From the IMG/VR virus record IMGVR_UViG_3300020037_010720: a stretch of 64,000 nt of DNA; one strand, written 5' to 3'. The number at the start of each line of letters is the position of its first letter. The first letter of the stretch is position 1. Both the position numbers and the translations under genes were made by a program. The stretch comes from an uncultured virus (IMG/VR IMGVR_UViG_3300020037_010720) (Duplodnaviria; Heunggongvirae; Uroviricota; Caudoviricetes). Below, one piece after another: positions 7,810-16,719 of this stretch. The notes under the pieces are model-generated. The model did not search any database, was not told the origin of the DNA, and was given only the letters and a program-made list of their open reading frames with translations.

Positions 7810-10800
7810 TCACGCGGACAGCCTCTCCTCGCGCTCGACCCAGATCATGCCGCTCGACAGGCGCAGCCCGCCGCTCGCGCTGGCCAGCAGCGTGTCGTAG
7901 CACTCGCGGGCGATCGCGTAGGCCGCAGGTGGTGGCACCGCGTTGCCGATGCGCTTGCGCTGCCCGGTCTGCGGCGTGCCGTCCGGCAGGTCGTCGCCGC
8001 AGCTCGCGGGCCCGCAGAACTCGAACCAGTTGGGGAAGCCCTGGATGCGCGCGAGCTCGCGGGTCGTGAGCGGGCGATGCAGCGTGCCGTCGTAGCTGCG
8101 GATCACCATGCCGGGCACGGGCCGCTTGCGGGTGAAGTCCCTCGGCGGCCCGTAGAGCACGAACCGCCCGTCGTCGAGCCGCACGAGCTCGTGCGTCGGG
8201 ATCGGCCAGCCCCGCTCGTCGTAGCGGATGCCGTAGTCCTTGGGTGGCTTCGCCTTGCGGGCGCGCCGCTTGCCCAGCCGCGGGTCATCCACGGCGCCAG
8301 GGGCTTGCCGCGCGCTGTGCTCGCCCCGCACGACCGAGGACGGCTCCGCCGCGTCCTGGACCCCGTACGAGTCGTTCCGGGGCTTGTGACCGAGGCGCGG
8401 GTCGACCACGGAGCCCGCGCTGTTGTCGTGCGAGTGCGACCCGACGACGGTGCCCGCGGGTTCCGCGTCGCTGTTGACGCCGTAGCTCGTCGCTCGCTGC
8501 GCGCAGGACAGGCGCGGGTCGACCACCGAGGCCCTGGCGTTTTGGACCCCAGCCTCGCCGACCACGGTGCCCCGCGGCTCGTCGCACGAGTCGACGCCGT
8601 AGCCGCCGGTCTGGCGGTTGTTGTTGTGGTCGCTGGTGCTCGTGCGCACCACGAGACGCGGGTCCGGGATGGCTGTCGGCGAGCACCACACCTGCGACTC
8701 GCCGCGGATCGTTGGGCCTGGTTGCTCCGGCTCGACGACACCATAGTTGCCGTTCCGGGGGGTCGATTCACTGCCCTGGCGTATCTGGACGTGGACACCG
8801 AGCCGCGGGTCCACGAGCGACGCACGCGTGTTCTGCAAGGTCTGCATGCCCCGGATGGTGGCGCTCGGCTGGCGGTCGTCGGCGACGCCGTAGTGGTGCG
8901 GGCGGTCCTTGAACTTGCCCGTGGTCGACCACGCGACCCGCGGATCCGCGACCGCGGCCCAGGTCTGGCACACCCGCGAGTTGCCGATCACGGTCCGCGC
9001 CGGCGCCTCCCACGACAGGACCCCGAGCTTGCCGGTCTGGCGGCCCTTGGTCTCGACCCACCGGATGCCGGTCACCGCCTCGAGCTCGTGCGACTCGCAG
9101 TGGTACAGGAGCACCTCGGGCGGCAGGTTGCGCCAGTCGCCGCCGGCGGGGATGCACGCGAGCCGGAGCTTGTTGAGGTCGGAGAGGTCGGGAAGCCGAT
9201 GCATGCCCTTGGTGTCGGGGCGTGGCGGCGGCAGCTCGCACAGCACCTCGCGCAGCGCCAGCGGCTTGTTCTTCCTCGGCTTGCGGAGGTAGTCCGGCAC
9301 GGTCTCCATGTGCCGGGCCACGAGCAGGAACCGCGGCCTCTTCTCGGCGAGGCCCTCGGCCAGCTCCCCGCAGCAGTGCGAGGACATGTGCACGCTGTAG
9401 CCCTCGCGCTGCAGCAGCGCGACGATCTTGTCCAGGAACACCTTGCCGCGGCTCGTGATGCGCGGGACGTTCTCGAAGACGATCAGGCCCGGCTGCTTGC
9501 GCCGCGAGGCCGGCGAATGCTTCCAGGCCTCCACCATCAGCTCGATGCCGCGGAGCGTGAGCGCGTTGAAGGCCTGGTACTTCTCGGTCGCGGCTTTCTC
9601 CTCGGACATGCACCCCGAGAGGCCCACGCAATTATGCGTGGCGATGAGCGGCGAGCAAAAGGTGTGGTCGTCGTTGACCTCGAGGTTCCAGACCGGCTCG
9701 ATGGTGTCGCGCTGGTACACCTTCTTAACGCGGAGCCACACCATCCCGTCCTCGAACTTGCAACACGTCCACTTGGGCTTGTTGATGAACGCAAGGGTGT
9801 AGCTGTCCGAGATGTTGACCTCGCGCCCCTCGATCAACATGCGCCCAGCGCGAGCCAGCCGTGAAATGCAGCCGAACCTACCGGTGCGCAGCATGACCCG
9901 CTGGACGCTGCGCAGCAGCGGGAGCGACACGGAGCCGATGGCCCACCCGTAGTCGGGGTTCCCGTACTTCGCGCGCGCGTTCCCATCGGTGACGCGCAAG
10001 CCGTGGATCAGCGCATCGAGAAATTCGGCTTCGAGGCCCATCAGTGCCTCGGGGATGCACTTCATGTGGCTGCTCGTCCCAAATGGCCCACAGAGCTGCC
10101 ACAGGTGCCGCACGGCGCATCCGATGCGGACGTTGCGATCGTCGTCACCCTGAACGTGGTAGCTCAGGCCCAGCGTCTCCAAGCACTCCACGGCGGTGCG
10201 ATACGCGACCCCGCCCCGCGGCCCCACGCTGAATCTCACCGTGTAGCCGCCCTTGTTTCGGCGGTCACCGTCGCCGATGTACATCCCCAGCAACCGCCAC
10301 AAGGCGGGGCTGCGCGCGAAGCCCCGGAGGTCGCCCAAGCGTGAAGACACGCACGAGGCACCCTTGAACACGCCACCGCGGTGAAGGATGGTTGGGTCGC
10401 CGAACTGGCCGACGAACGCCTCCGCTGTCCCGGGTACCTCCTTGGGTACGGGGAATCCGACGCGATCGTTGACCTCGACGTCGCGCGCCGGCGTCCACTG
10501 CGGAGCCCGCAGGGTGCGCACCTTGTCAGTCCCGCGGCGGACCTTCCTGATCCAGATCGGGTGCTCGTCCGTGTACCACTGGATGTCCGTGTCGATGGTG
10601 CCGTTGAGGCGAAGGCCATGCATCCGGCCCTGATAGGGGCGGACGTTCACCTTGTCGACCGTGCACAGGCGGCCGGTGTGAGTCAAAACCAGCTGCCCAG
10701 GCATGACGCTGTCGATGCGGCGCGGCCCATCCTCCATCATGACGATGCCGTCTGCGGGGAGGCACGGGCTCGATGTCGCGGCGACATCTGGGCACTCGGG

Positions 10801-11019
10801 GAACAGCTCAAGCAACTCCGCGACCGTCACCTTGGCGAGATCGAGTCGGTGCGCGGGCTCGCCGGTGAGGCGCTGGTAGTCGTCGCAGGCGCGCGGGTCG
10901 TAGTCGATGCCGGCGCCGCGAAAGCCGGCCTGCTTGAAGCCGTAGGCCATGCCGCCGGAGCCGCAGAAGAAGCTCAGGACGAAGGGGTCGAATGTGGTAG
11001 GGGAGAATGGTGCGCTCAT
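7810..11019 (-). CDS. DNA (cytosine-5) methyltransferase containing an intein
   Basis: Motif I FFCGSGG, motif IV SPC, motif VI FENV, motif VIII RPRF, motifs IX-X RELARIQGFP...IGNAVPP. Confidence 0.95.
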   Translation of the reverse strand: MSAPFSPTTFDPFVLSFFCGSGGMAYGFKQAGFRGAGIDYDPRACDDYQRLTGEPAHRLDLAKVTVAELLELFPECPDVAATSSPCLPADGIVMMEDGPRRIDSVMPGQLVLTHTGRLCTVDKVNVRPYQGRMHGLRLNGTIDTDIQWYTDEHPIWIRKVRRGTDKVRTLRAPQWTPARDVEVNDRVGFPVPKEVPGTAEAFVGQFGDPTILHRGGVFKGASCVSSRLGDLRGFARSPALWRLLGMYIGDGDRRNKGGYTVRFSVGPRGGVAYRTAVECLETLGLSYHVQGDDDRNVRIGCAVRHLWQLCGPFGTSSHMKCIPEALMGLEAEFLDALIHGLRVTDGNARAKYGNPDYGWAIGSVSLPLLRSVQRVMLRTGRFGCISRLARAGRMLIEGREVNISDSYTLAFINKPKWTCCKFEDGMVWLRVKKVYQRDTIEPVWNLEVNDDHTFCSPLIATHNCVGLSGCMSEEKAATEKYQAFNALTLRGIELMVEAWKHSPASRRKQPGLIVFENVPRITSRGKVFLDKIVALLQREGYSVHMSSHCCGELAEGLAEKRPRFLLVARHMETVPDYLRKPRKNKPLALREVLCELPPPRPDTKGMHRLPDLSDLNKLRLACIPAGGDWRNLPPEVLLYHCESHELEAVTGIRWVETKGRQTGKLGVLSWEAPARTVIGNSRVCQTWAAVADPRVAWSTTGKFKDRPHHYGVADDRQPSATIRGMQTLQNTRASLVDPRLGVHVQIRQGSESTPRNGNYGVVEPEQPGPTIRGESQVWCSPTAIPDPRLVVRTSTSDHNNNRQTGGYGVDSCDEPRGTVVGEAGVQNARASVVDPRLSCAQRATSYGVNSDAEPAGTVVGSHSHDNSAGSVVDPRLGHKPRNDSYGVQDAAEPSSVVRGEHSARQAPGAVDDPRLGKRRARKAKPPKDYGIRYDERGWPIPTHELVRLDDGRFVLYGPPRDFTRKRPVPGMVIRSYDGTLHRPLTTRELARIQGFPNWFEFCGPASCGDDLPDGTPQTGQRKRIGNAVPPPAAYAIARECYDTLLASASGGLRLSSGMIWVEREERLSA
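8270..9035 (-). repeat. six ~38-50 aa repeats (YGV...P..T..G...DPRL) in the MTase variable region
   Basis: Six DPR[LV] units visible in the translation. Confidence 0.85.
9631..10764 (-). mobile_element. intein with LAGLIDADG homing endonuclease (378 aa)
   Basis: Starts CLPADG; ends VWNLEV...THN followed by Cys; LLGMYIGDG and LIHGLRVTDG motifs. Confidence 0.93.
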
Positions 11020-11387
11020 GGCTCGATGTCTCGATAGTAGTCGTCGGCGGCGATGCCCCGCTCGCGCTCGGTGCCGCGGAGGTAGTCGCGGTAGATCTGC
11101 GCCGCTTCTACCGGGTCGTGTGGGGCTGCGCAGGTGCGGCACAGGTCCTCAACAACCTGGCCCTTGCCGGGGCGCCCGCTCGCGGTTCGCCACGGCCGCA
11201 GCAGCTCCGTGAAGTCCGCGACCTGCTTGGCCAGCTTGAGCACGGCTTCCCGCTTGGCCTCGTGCATCGGCCCGCGGCGGGGCAAGGTGACCTCGACACG
11301 AGGCCCGAGCGCGCCGCAGTCATCGCACTGCATCTGCACCCACTCGTCGCCGAAGGGGCGCTTCGAGCTCACGGTCCGGTAGCTCAT
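11016..11387 (-). CDS. hypothetical zinc-finger protein
   Basis: CDDC...CRTC; ATGA coupling at both ends. Confidence 0.7.
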   Translation of the reverse strand: MSYRTVSSKRPFGDEWVQMQCDDCGALGPRVEVTLPRRGPMHEAKREAVLKLAKQVADFTELLRPWRTASGRPGKGQVVEDLCRTCAAPHDPVEAAQIYRDYLRGTERERGIAADDYYRDIEP

Positions 11388-12391
11388 GCGCCGCTCCGGG
11401 CCAGCATGCGGCCGGCCTTCCACGCCCTCGCATTCTCGCTGCCGTCCAAGTAGGGTGCCTCTCGACCTCGCGCGCCCTGGCCCTCGAGGAAGGCCGGGTG
11501 CTGCCAGAGCCGGAATTGCTCGGCCTCGACGATCAGGGGCCACCAGTAGTTGCCGTAAGGCGCGCGCGCGATGTGCCCGCCTGCGTAGTGGATACCCTCG
11601 AAGTGGCTCAGGAAGTGCTCAGCCTCGCGTCGCAGGCGTCGGCCCAGGGCGCGGTGCCGAAGGCTGCCGTCCTCGCGCTCGGCCCGGTCGAGCTCGACCC
11701 ACGCGGCCAGATCAGCCCAGAGACGGAACGATGGCGTGTGCTTGCGCTGCTCGGCGCGCGCGACGAACAGCCCCAGCAGCGCCGCGCGGGCGTCCAGCAT
11801 ACCGGGCTCGGTCCTCCGCGCCTGCTCACGCACGGCAAGCTCCGCGCCCTCGCGCTGGGCCTGCGCGACGATCTCGGCGATGCGGGGCCAGCGAACGTCG
11901 TCGAGCGGCAGGTCGTCGATCGCGTTGGCGAAGTCGGCCCACTCGTTCGGCGTCCCCCAGCCGAGCGGGTACAGGTCGAGGAAGTGCTCGAGCTCTTGGT
12001 CGACCCCATGCCGCGTCAGGCTGGCCGCGAGACGCGCGCCGCACTCCTCGCAATAGGGCGGGTTGTCGTGCTCGGTCCGCCAGCCTCCGTCGAGCCAGAG
12101 CACACGGGCGTCCTCGTCAGGCTTGCCGTCATCGTCGAACTCGTCCAGCTCGGGGTGCTGCTCGGGGTGCTGCTCGTAGAACAGCTCGATCACCGCCTCT
12201 GCACAGTCACGGCAAAAGTCCGTCGCTGCGTCGTAGGGGAAGGCGTCCTTGCCCTCGTACTCGCTGGCGCCGGCGATCCAGTGGCACGGCAGCGGGTCGG
12301 GAGCAGTGGCCGCTCGCTCGCAGGCGAAGCTGACGATCGCGTCGTGCTGCTCTTGAGGTAACGGGGTTGTCGCACGCTGCGCTTGGGGCAC
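11384..12391 (-). CDS. hypothetical protein with CxxC pairs
   Basis: 335 aa; CRDC and CEEC. Confidence 0.7.
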   Translation of the reverse strand: MPQAQRATTPLPQEQHDAIVSFACERAATAPDPLPCHWIAGASEYEGKDAFPYDAATDFCRDCAEAVIELFYEQHPEQHPELDEFDDDGKPDEDARVLWLDGGWRTEHDNPPYCEECGARLAASLTRHGVDQELEHFLDLYPLGWGTPNEWADFANAIDDLPLDDVRWPRIAEIVAQAQREGAELAVREQARRTEPGMLDARAALLGLFVARAEQRKHTPSFRLWADLAAWVELDRAEREDGSLRHRALGRRLRREAEHFLSHFEGIHYAGGHIARAPYGNYWWPLIVEAEQFRLWQHPAFLEGQGARGREAPYLDGSENARAWKAGRMLARSGA

Positions 12392-12422
12392 GCGGGCAAG
12401 ACGGAAGCGGCTGTCCCGGCAT

Positions 12423-12743
12423 TCAGTACATTGCCGGGTCTTCGTCCGGCCCGTCGAATCGGTCAGGGAATTTAACCTCGCCGCCGTTCTCGAGCGCCTC
12501 GATCTTCGAGGTCACAGCGTCCATGGCCTCCTCGGCGGTCGCGCCCTCGGCTTGGCACAATTCGCCGCCGTCGCCACCTTCGGGAGTATCGGCGTAGCCC
12601 TCGGCGAGCCACTTCTCCTCCTCGCTGCCGAAGTGCATCACCGTGAGAGTGCATCCCTTCCAGCTGACCGTGAGGCCGAAGACCTTGTCGCCAAGCCGGG
12701 CCGCGAGCTCCATCGCCTTGTCGTGCTGCTTGCTCATGCCCAC
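12423..12743 (-). CDS. hypothetical acidic protein
   Basis: 106 aa ORF with GC3 bias. Confidence 0.6.
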   Translation of the reverse strand: MGMSKQHDKAMELAARLGDKVFGLTVSWKGCTLTVMHFGSEEEKWLAEGYADTPEGGDGGELCQAEGATAEEAMDAVTSKIEALENGGEVKFPDRFDGPDEDPAMY

Positions 12744-12768
12744 ATGACGCGCTCGGCCAGCGCGAGCT

Positions 12769-13827
12769 TCACCGCCACAGCTTGAGCTGACCCGGGAAGT
12801 GGTCCTCGGCGTACCGGGCCGACCGCTCCACCGCCTCGGCAGCGAGCCGCTGCTGCTGCACCCACCGCCACTCCTCGGCCCATACCTGGCTGTTCTGGAG
12901 GTTGCCGACGCCTAGGTCGTGCGCCCGCATCCACTCGAAGCGGTCCACGAGGTCCAGGTCGATGCCCTCCCACCGCTCCCGCATCGCCGCGACCACGGCC
13001 GGCCAACGCGCCTTGAGGTTGAGCCCCAGCGCGAGCCGTAGCTCGTTCTCCATCCACCGGCCCCGGCTGCTCCAGGCCCCGCTGTCGACGCTGCGCAGGT
13101 TCAGGCACGACAACAGCGCCCCGTCGCTCTTGACCCCGTAGCCGTGCAGGTTCACATCCCGCAGGCGCCGCACGATGCCCGTGATGATGCGCTCCAGCTC
13201 GCGGGTGCCAGACCGCCGGCAGACCGACCCGAGCCCCACCAGCGGCAGCGTCGACAGGTCCACGCCGGCCCTGAGGTACTTGTCGTTGCAACGCAGGTAG
13301 TCGTCCTCGGTGTGCCCCTGCAGCGCCGGCAGCAGCGGCAACTCGGGCGCCAGGTCGCGCAGCTCGATGTAGCTGCGCACGGTCCGGTCCTGGTGCTCTT
13401 CGACGCTCAGGCCCGTCTTGCGCACCATCTCGGGCTCGCACATCCAGTCCTGCGTAGCGACGTACTGCACGGTCCCGAGGGCGGCGCAGATGCGGCGCGC
13501 GGCCGCGACGTGCTCCTTCGCGGATCGAATCCATAGCCCGTTGTCCCGGATCATCGAGAACGCGCCCGAGTCGAGCAGCACCGGCACGGTCGCCTCCCGG
13601 AGCCGATTGCGCCCGGTCGACTCGCGATCGAGCACGCGACCGAGCTCCAGCAGGAGCGGGCCGCCGGCCTTGCCCTCCCAGGCCCAGTACGGCTCGGGAG
13701 CGACCACCCACAGCCAGGGCAGCGGGTTCGCGTCCTGGAGCTGGCCCCACGCGTCGCGGTACCAGAGCAGCGCCAGCGCGATGAGGTCTTGGTCCGTGAG
13801 CTGCGGGATGACGATGCGGCGGGTCAT
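12769..13827 (-). CDS. DpdA/TGT-like 7-deazaguanine DNA-modification transglycosylase
   Basis: LDSGAF, QDWMCEP, PALQG, GLGSVCRR, LHGYGVK and SVDSGAWS, the TGT-fold motifs of phage DpdA-like proteins. Confidence 0.8.
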   Translation of the reverse strand: MTRRIVIPQLTDQDLIALALLWYRDAWGQLQDANPLPWLWVVAPEPYWAWEGKAGGPLLLELGRVLDRESTGRNRLREATVPVLLDSGAFSMIRDNGLWIRSAKEHVAAARRICAALGTVQYVATQDWMCEPEMVRKTGLSVEEHQDRTVRSYIELRDLAPELPLLPALQGHTEDDYLRCNDKYLRAGVDLSTLPLVGLGSVCRRSGTRELERIITGIVRRLRDVNLHGYGVKSDGALLSCLNLRSVDSGAWSSRGRWMENELRLALGLNLKARWPAVVAAMRERWEGIDLDLVDRFEWMRAHDLGVGNLQNSQVWAEEWRWVQQQRLAAEAVERSARYAEDHFPGQLKLWR

Positions 13828-13943
13828 GTCTCGATGGGCCGCACGCTGTCGACGCTCGCCACTTGGAGCGGCGTGATGCGGTCCTCGTGCCACGCCGCGG
13901 CCGGGTCGACGACGCGCACCTCGCCAGTCCCGACGCGACGTCT

Positions 13944-14486
13944 TCACTGCAGCCTCCGAGCCACCACATGCCAGTGTTCACGGTCGCCGTCGTGGTAGGT
14001 CGGCCCGCCGGCGACGACCAGCCGGACCTCGCTCATCTCGCCGCCCGCGTACCGCCCGAAGTAGTCGAGGCGGCTCCGCACCTGCCCACCATCCGCGCTC
14101 GGCGAAACGATCGTGGCCTCGTAGATCGCTGCGAACTCGGCGACGCGGTCCGGCCCCGGGCCGCTGCGTGGGCCTCGCGTGGGCACCGAGGCCGGCTGCC
14201 GGCCGTACCACCATCGCTCCAACAGGTAGCGCACAAGGGGCACGCCGAAATACAGCGTCTTGCTGAGCGGCCGGCGGGTGCCGCGGTCGTGGATGACGCA
14301 CTCGACACCCAGGGCCAGGTGCAGTAGTAGGTCGGCGTCCAGGTCGACCATGAGCAATCCGTACCAGTCGGCACGCTCCAGCGTCGTTGAGCGGATGCGC
14401 GTAATGGACCACGACTCACCAGTCGCACGCACGTGGTCGAGCGCGGCGAGGCCGTTGGTCAGGTTGATGTAGTGCCGGCGGCTCAT
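13944..14486 (-). CDS. conserved-looking hypothetical protein (HYINLTNG...RIRST...HDGD)
   Basis: ATGA coupling; enzyme-like motif spacing. Confidence 0.7.
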   Translation of the reverse strand: MSRRHYINLTNGLAALDHVRATGESWSITRIRSTTLERADWYGLLMVDLDADLLLHLALGVECVIHDRGTRRPLSKTLYFGVPLVRYLLERWWYGRQPASVPTRGPRSGPGPDRVAEFAAIYEATIVSPSADGGQVRSRLDYFGRYAGGEMSEVRLVVAGGPTYHDGDREHWHVVARRLQ

Positions 14487-14776
14487 GGTGAGACTCCGGC
14501 CAGCGCACGCAACTCCGCCACGGTCTCCGCACCGGTGAGGCCCAGCGCGACGACCTCGACCTGCGCGGTGTCGTCGGACCAGCCGAGCCACTGGTGCGGG
14601 TTGTCGCTGTCGGCCCAGAAGTCCGCGCGCGCGCCGGGCTCGGAGCCGCCAATGCCTGCCACGACGCCGCGGTCGCCGAACCTGCGGTGCCACCACCGCA
14701 GCGAGGTTGGAGGCCTGGAGAGCACGAGCGCTCCATCTGGCACGTCTACCCACCGGACCGTGTCGCCGACCTTCAC
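14483..14776 (-). CDS. hypothetical protein
   Basis: GTGA overlap and GGAGG RBS. Confidence 0.6.
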   Translation of the reverse strand: MKVGDTVRWVDVPDGALVLSRPPTSLRWWHRRFGDRGVVAGIGGSEPGARADFWADSDNPHQWLGWSDDTAQVEVVALGLTGAETVAELRALAGVSP

Positions 14777-15003
14777 GGGTATGTCCTCCAGTCGAGGGCG
14801 TGCGCGAGCAGCCAGCGCACCGCGTTGTGCCGCGAGCGCATGCCGCCGGCCATCCAGGGCATGCCGAGCTTGCGCCGCGTGGTGTCGACGCACGCCCACC
14901 ACCCGCGCTTGTTCTTTCCCACCGAGCCGACGACTGGGTTTGCGTGCGGCAGGGTCACGGTGCCGTCGTTGGCGACCTTGGGTTCTGGCATGCGGATCTT
15001 CAT
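14773..15003 (-). CDS. hypothetical protein
   Basis: ATGA overlap and GAGGA RBS. Confidence 0.6.
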   Translation of the reverse strand: MKIRMPEPKVANDGTVTLPHANPVVGSVGKNKRGWWACVDTTRRKLGMPWMAGGMRSRHNAVRWLLAHALDWRTYP

Positions 15004-15698
15004 CGCGTCCTCGCCTTGAGCGCGGCCACGAGCGGCCAGAAACCCTGCAGCCCCGAGCACGGGATCGGCCTCGCCGTGGGGATGATCTGCTCGACGTGCC
15101 AGCCGTAGCTCCAGCTCTCGCTGTCCTCCGGGTCGCTGGCCACCTGCCACGGGAACCTCGGCTTCGCGTCCGGGAGCTCGAAGCCCGTGATGACCGCCGT
15201 GAAGGTGATCGCGCTGCGGACGATGCCCACCGCGTCGGGCAGCGCCGGCTTGCCGGTGCCGAGTGGGTCCCAGCGCGTGTCGAGCCGGACCACCCGGCCG
15301 CCCTTGTGGAACTCGATCCATGCGGCCCCGCCTTGCCGCGCGGTCAGGCGCACCTCCCACCCCGCCGACTTGGCGGTCTCCGTGAGGGCGTAGAGGCCAT
15401 CCATGTGCCCGCCGTTGCCCTTGCGGCCGCCGACGTGCGCGCCCATGTGGAACGCGACGCGCTTGCCGATGAGGCGCTCAGGCGGCTTCATGGGCCGGTT
15501 CTCGATGCCAGGGAGCGCCGGCTGCCCTGGCGCCGCTGGCTGCCCGCCCTTGTCGAGCGCGGTGAAGGCCACACCCCACTCGGGCCACAGCGTGATCGCC
15601 CGCTCGACGCCGAGGTCGAGCAGGTCCTGCAGCGACGACGCTGACTCCAGCCGGGCCTCGCGCTCTCGGCCGAGTTGCCGCACGATGAGGTCCATCAT
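15000..15698 (-). CDS. ASCH (PUA-fold) domain protein
   Basis: AITLWPEW...IENR...VAFH and C-terminal PIPCSGLQGFW. Confidence 0.75.
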   Translation of the reverse strand: MMDLIVRQLGREREARLESASSLQDLLDLGVERAITLWPEWGVAFTALDKGGQPAAPGQPALPGIENRPMKPPERLIGKRVAFHMGAHVGGRKGNGGHMDGLYALTETAKSAGWEVRLTARQGGAAWIEFHKGGRVVRLDTRWDPLGTGKPALPDAVGIVRSAITFTAVITGFELPDAKPRFPWQVASDPEDSESWSYGWHVEQIIPTARPIPCSGLQGFWPLVAALKARTR

Positions 15699-16222
15699 GG
15701 CGCGTCGTCCTCGCGGTCGGCCTGCGCGGCCAGCTCGATGTCGAGGTCGAAGCCAGGCTCGCACTCGCCGATGTTGAGGGGCTCGGCTTCCTCCGCCGCC
15801 GCGATCGCCTCGTTGGCCTCGACCGCTGCGCGCTCGGCCGCCTGCGTGGGGGTCTCGGGCAGCCCGCGCGCCTGCGCTGGGTCCGGCGCACCGCGGCGCT
15901 CGACCCAGCGCACCACGTCGCCCATGTGCACGACTGCGACGTCGCCACCGTCGAGCATGTCGATCGTCAGGATGGGTTCGCCATCCCGGTTCATGTACAC
16001 GACCCCCACCTCGGGTCGGCAGCGGATGTCCGGCTCGACGTCCGCCTCGAAGTCCGGCCCGCCCGTCCAAGGTGGCTCGGCGAGGTCGTCGACGGCTTCG
16101 TGATTGCGACTGAGATGCTCGGCGAGGTCGTCGGCCTGATCGGCGCCCTCCTCATCGCCCTGTGCGCGGAGCCAGGCCTGCAGCCCGTGCAACTGCTTCA
16201 AGTACATGTCGGCTCGGTTCAT
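15695..16222 (-). CDS. hypothetical acidic protein
   Basis: GC3 bias; stop overlaps the next ATG. Confidence 0.6.
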   Translation of the reverse strand: MNRADMYLKQLHGLQAWLRAQGDEEGADQADDLAEHLSRNHEAVDDLAEPPWTGGPDFEADVEPDIRCRPEVGVVYMNRDGEPILTIDMLDGGDVAVVHMGDVVRWVERRGAPDPAQARGLPETPTQAAERAAVEANEAIAAAEEAEPLNIGECEPGFDLDIELAAQADREDDAP

Positions 16223-16253
16223 AGCGGCATGGACGGCGCGCCGCGCCAGCGAT

Positions 16254-16688
16254 TCACGGCAGCATCTTCGAGAGCCGGATGATGTCGTTGGCGAGCTCCA
16301 GGTGACCTGCATCGTTCTGCTCGTCGAGAGCATGCAGACGCTCGACGACGGGAAGCAGCATCGCCGCGACGGCCCGCAGGAGCCGGTTCGCCGCGTGCTC
16401 GGGCCGCTCAGCCTCGCCGCGGGTCAAGCCACCGTGGGGGTCGCTCTCCGGCAGGCTGTTGAGCCCTGGCTGCATGAGCTTGAGGATTGCAGCCTCGTGC
16501 TCCTTCGCGGCGCGTTTTGCCTCACCCGCCTCAATGGCGAGGCGGTAGGCGCGAAGCTCCTCGCGGTGCTCCTCGAATCCCTCCGTGTCCTCGATGTCCC
16601 ACGAGCGATCGCCGTACCAGCTCGCCTTGAGCTGGTCGATCTTGTGCTGCATGTCGCGGCTCTCGCTGGAGACTGGCTGGGTCGTCAT
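16254..16688 (-). CDS. hypothetical phage protein
   Basis: LKASWYGDRSWDIEDTEGFEEH motif; GC3 bias. Confidence 0.65.
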   Translation of the reverse strand: MTTQPVSSESRDMQHKIDQLKASWYGDRSWDIEDTEGFEEHREELRAYRLAIEAGEAKRAAKEHEAAILKLMQPGLNSLPESDPHGGLTRGEAERPEHAANRLLRAVAAMLLPVVERLHALDEQNDAGHLELANDIIRLSKMLP

Positions 16689-16719
16689 GCCGCGTGGACG
16701 CCAGCCCGCGCTGCGCCAT

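Noticed and set aside
7765..9864. Long antisense and alternate-frame ORFs (also 61264-63555, 34047-35810, 54666-56348 and similar)
   Set aside because: Shadow ORFs expected at this GC content, lying opposite or overlapping motif-supported genes; Arg/Pro/Ala-rich with no motifs
13824..13946. Frame stays open and GC3-rich for 39 codons after the TGA at 13944, suggesting stop-codon readthrough or recoding
   Set aside because: TGA is used as a normal coupled stop (ATGA/GTGA) throughout the window; a small GTG-started ORF or gene remnant explains it more simply
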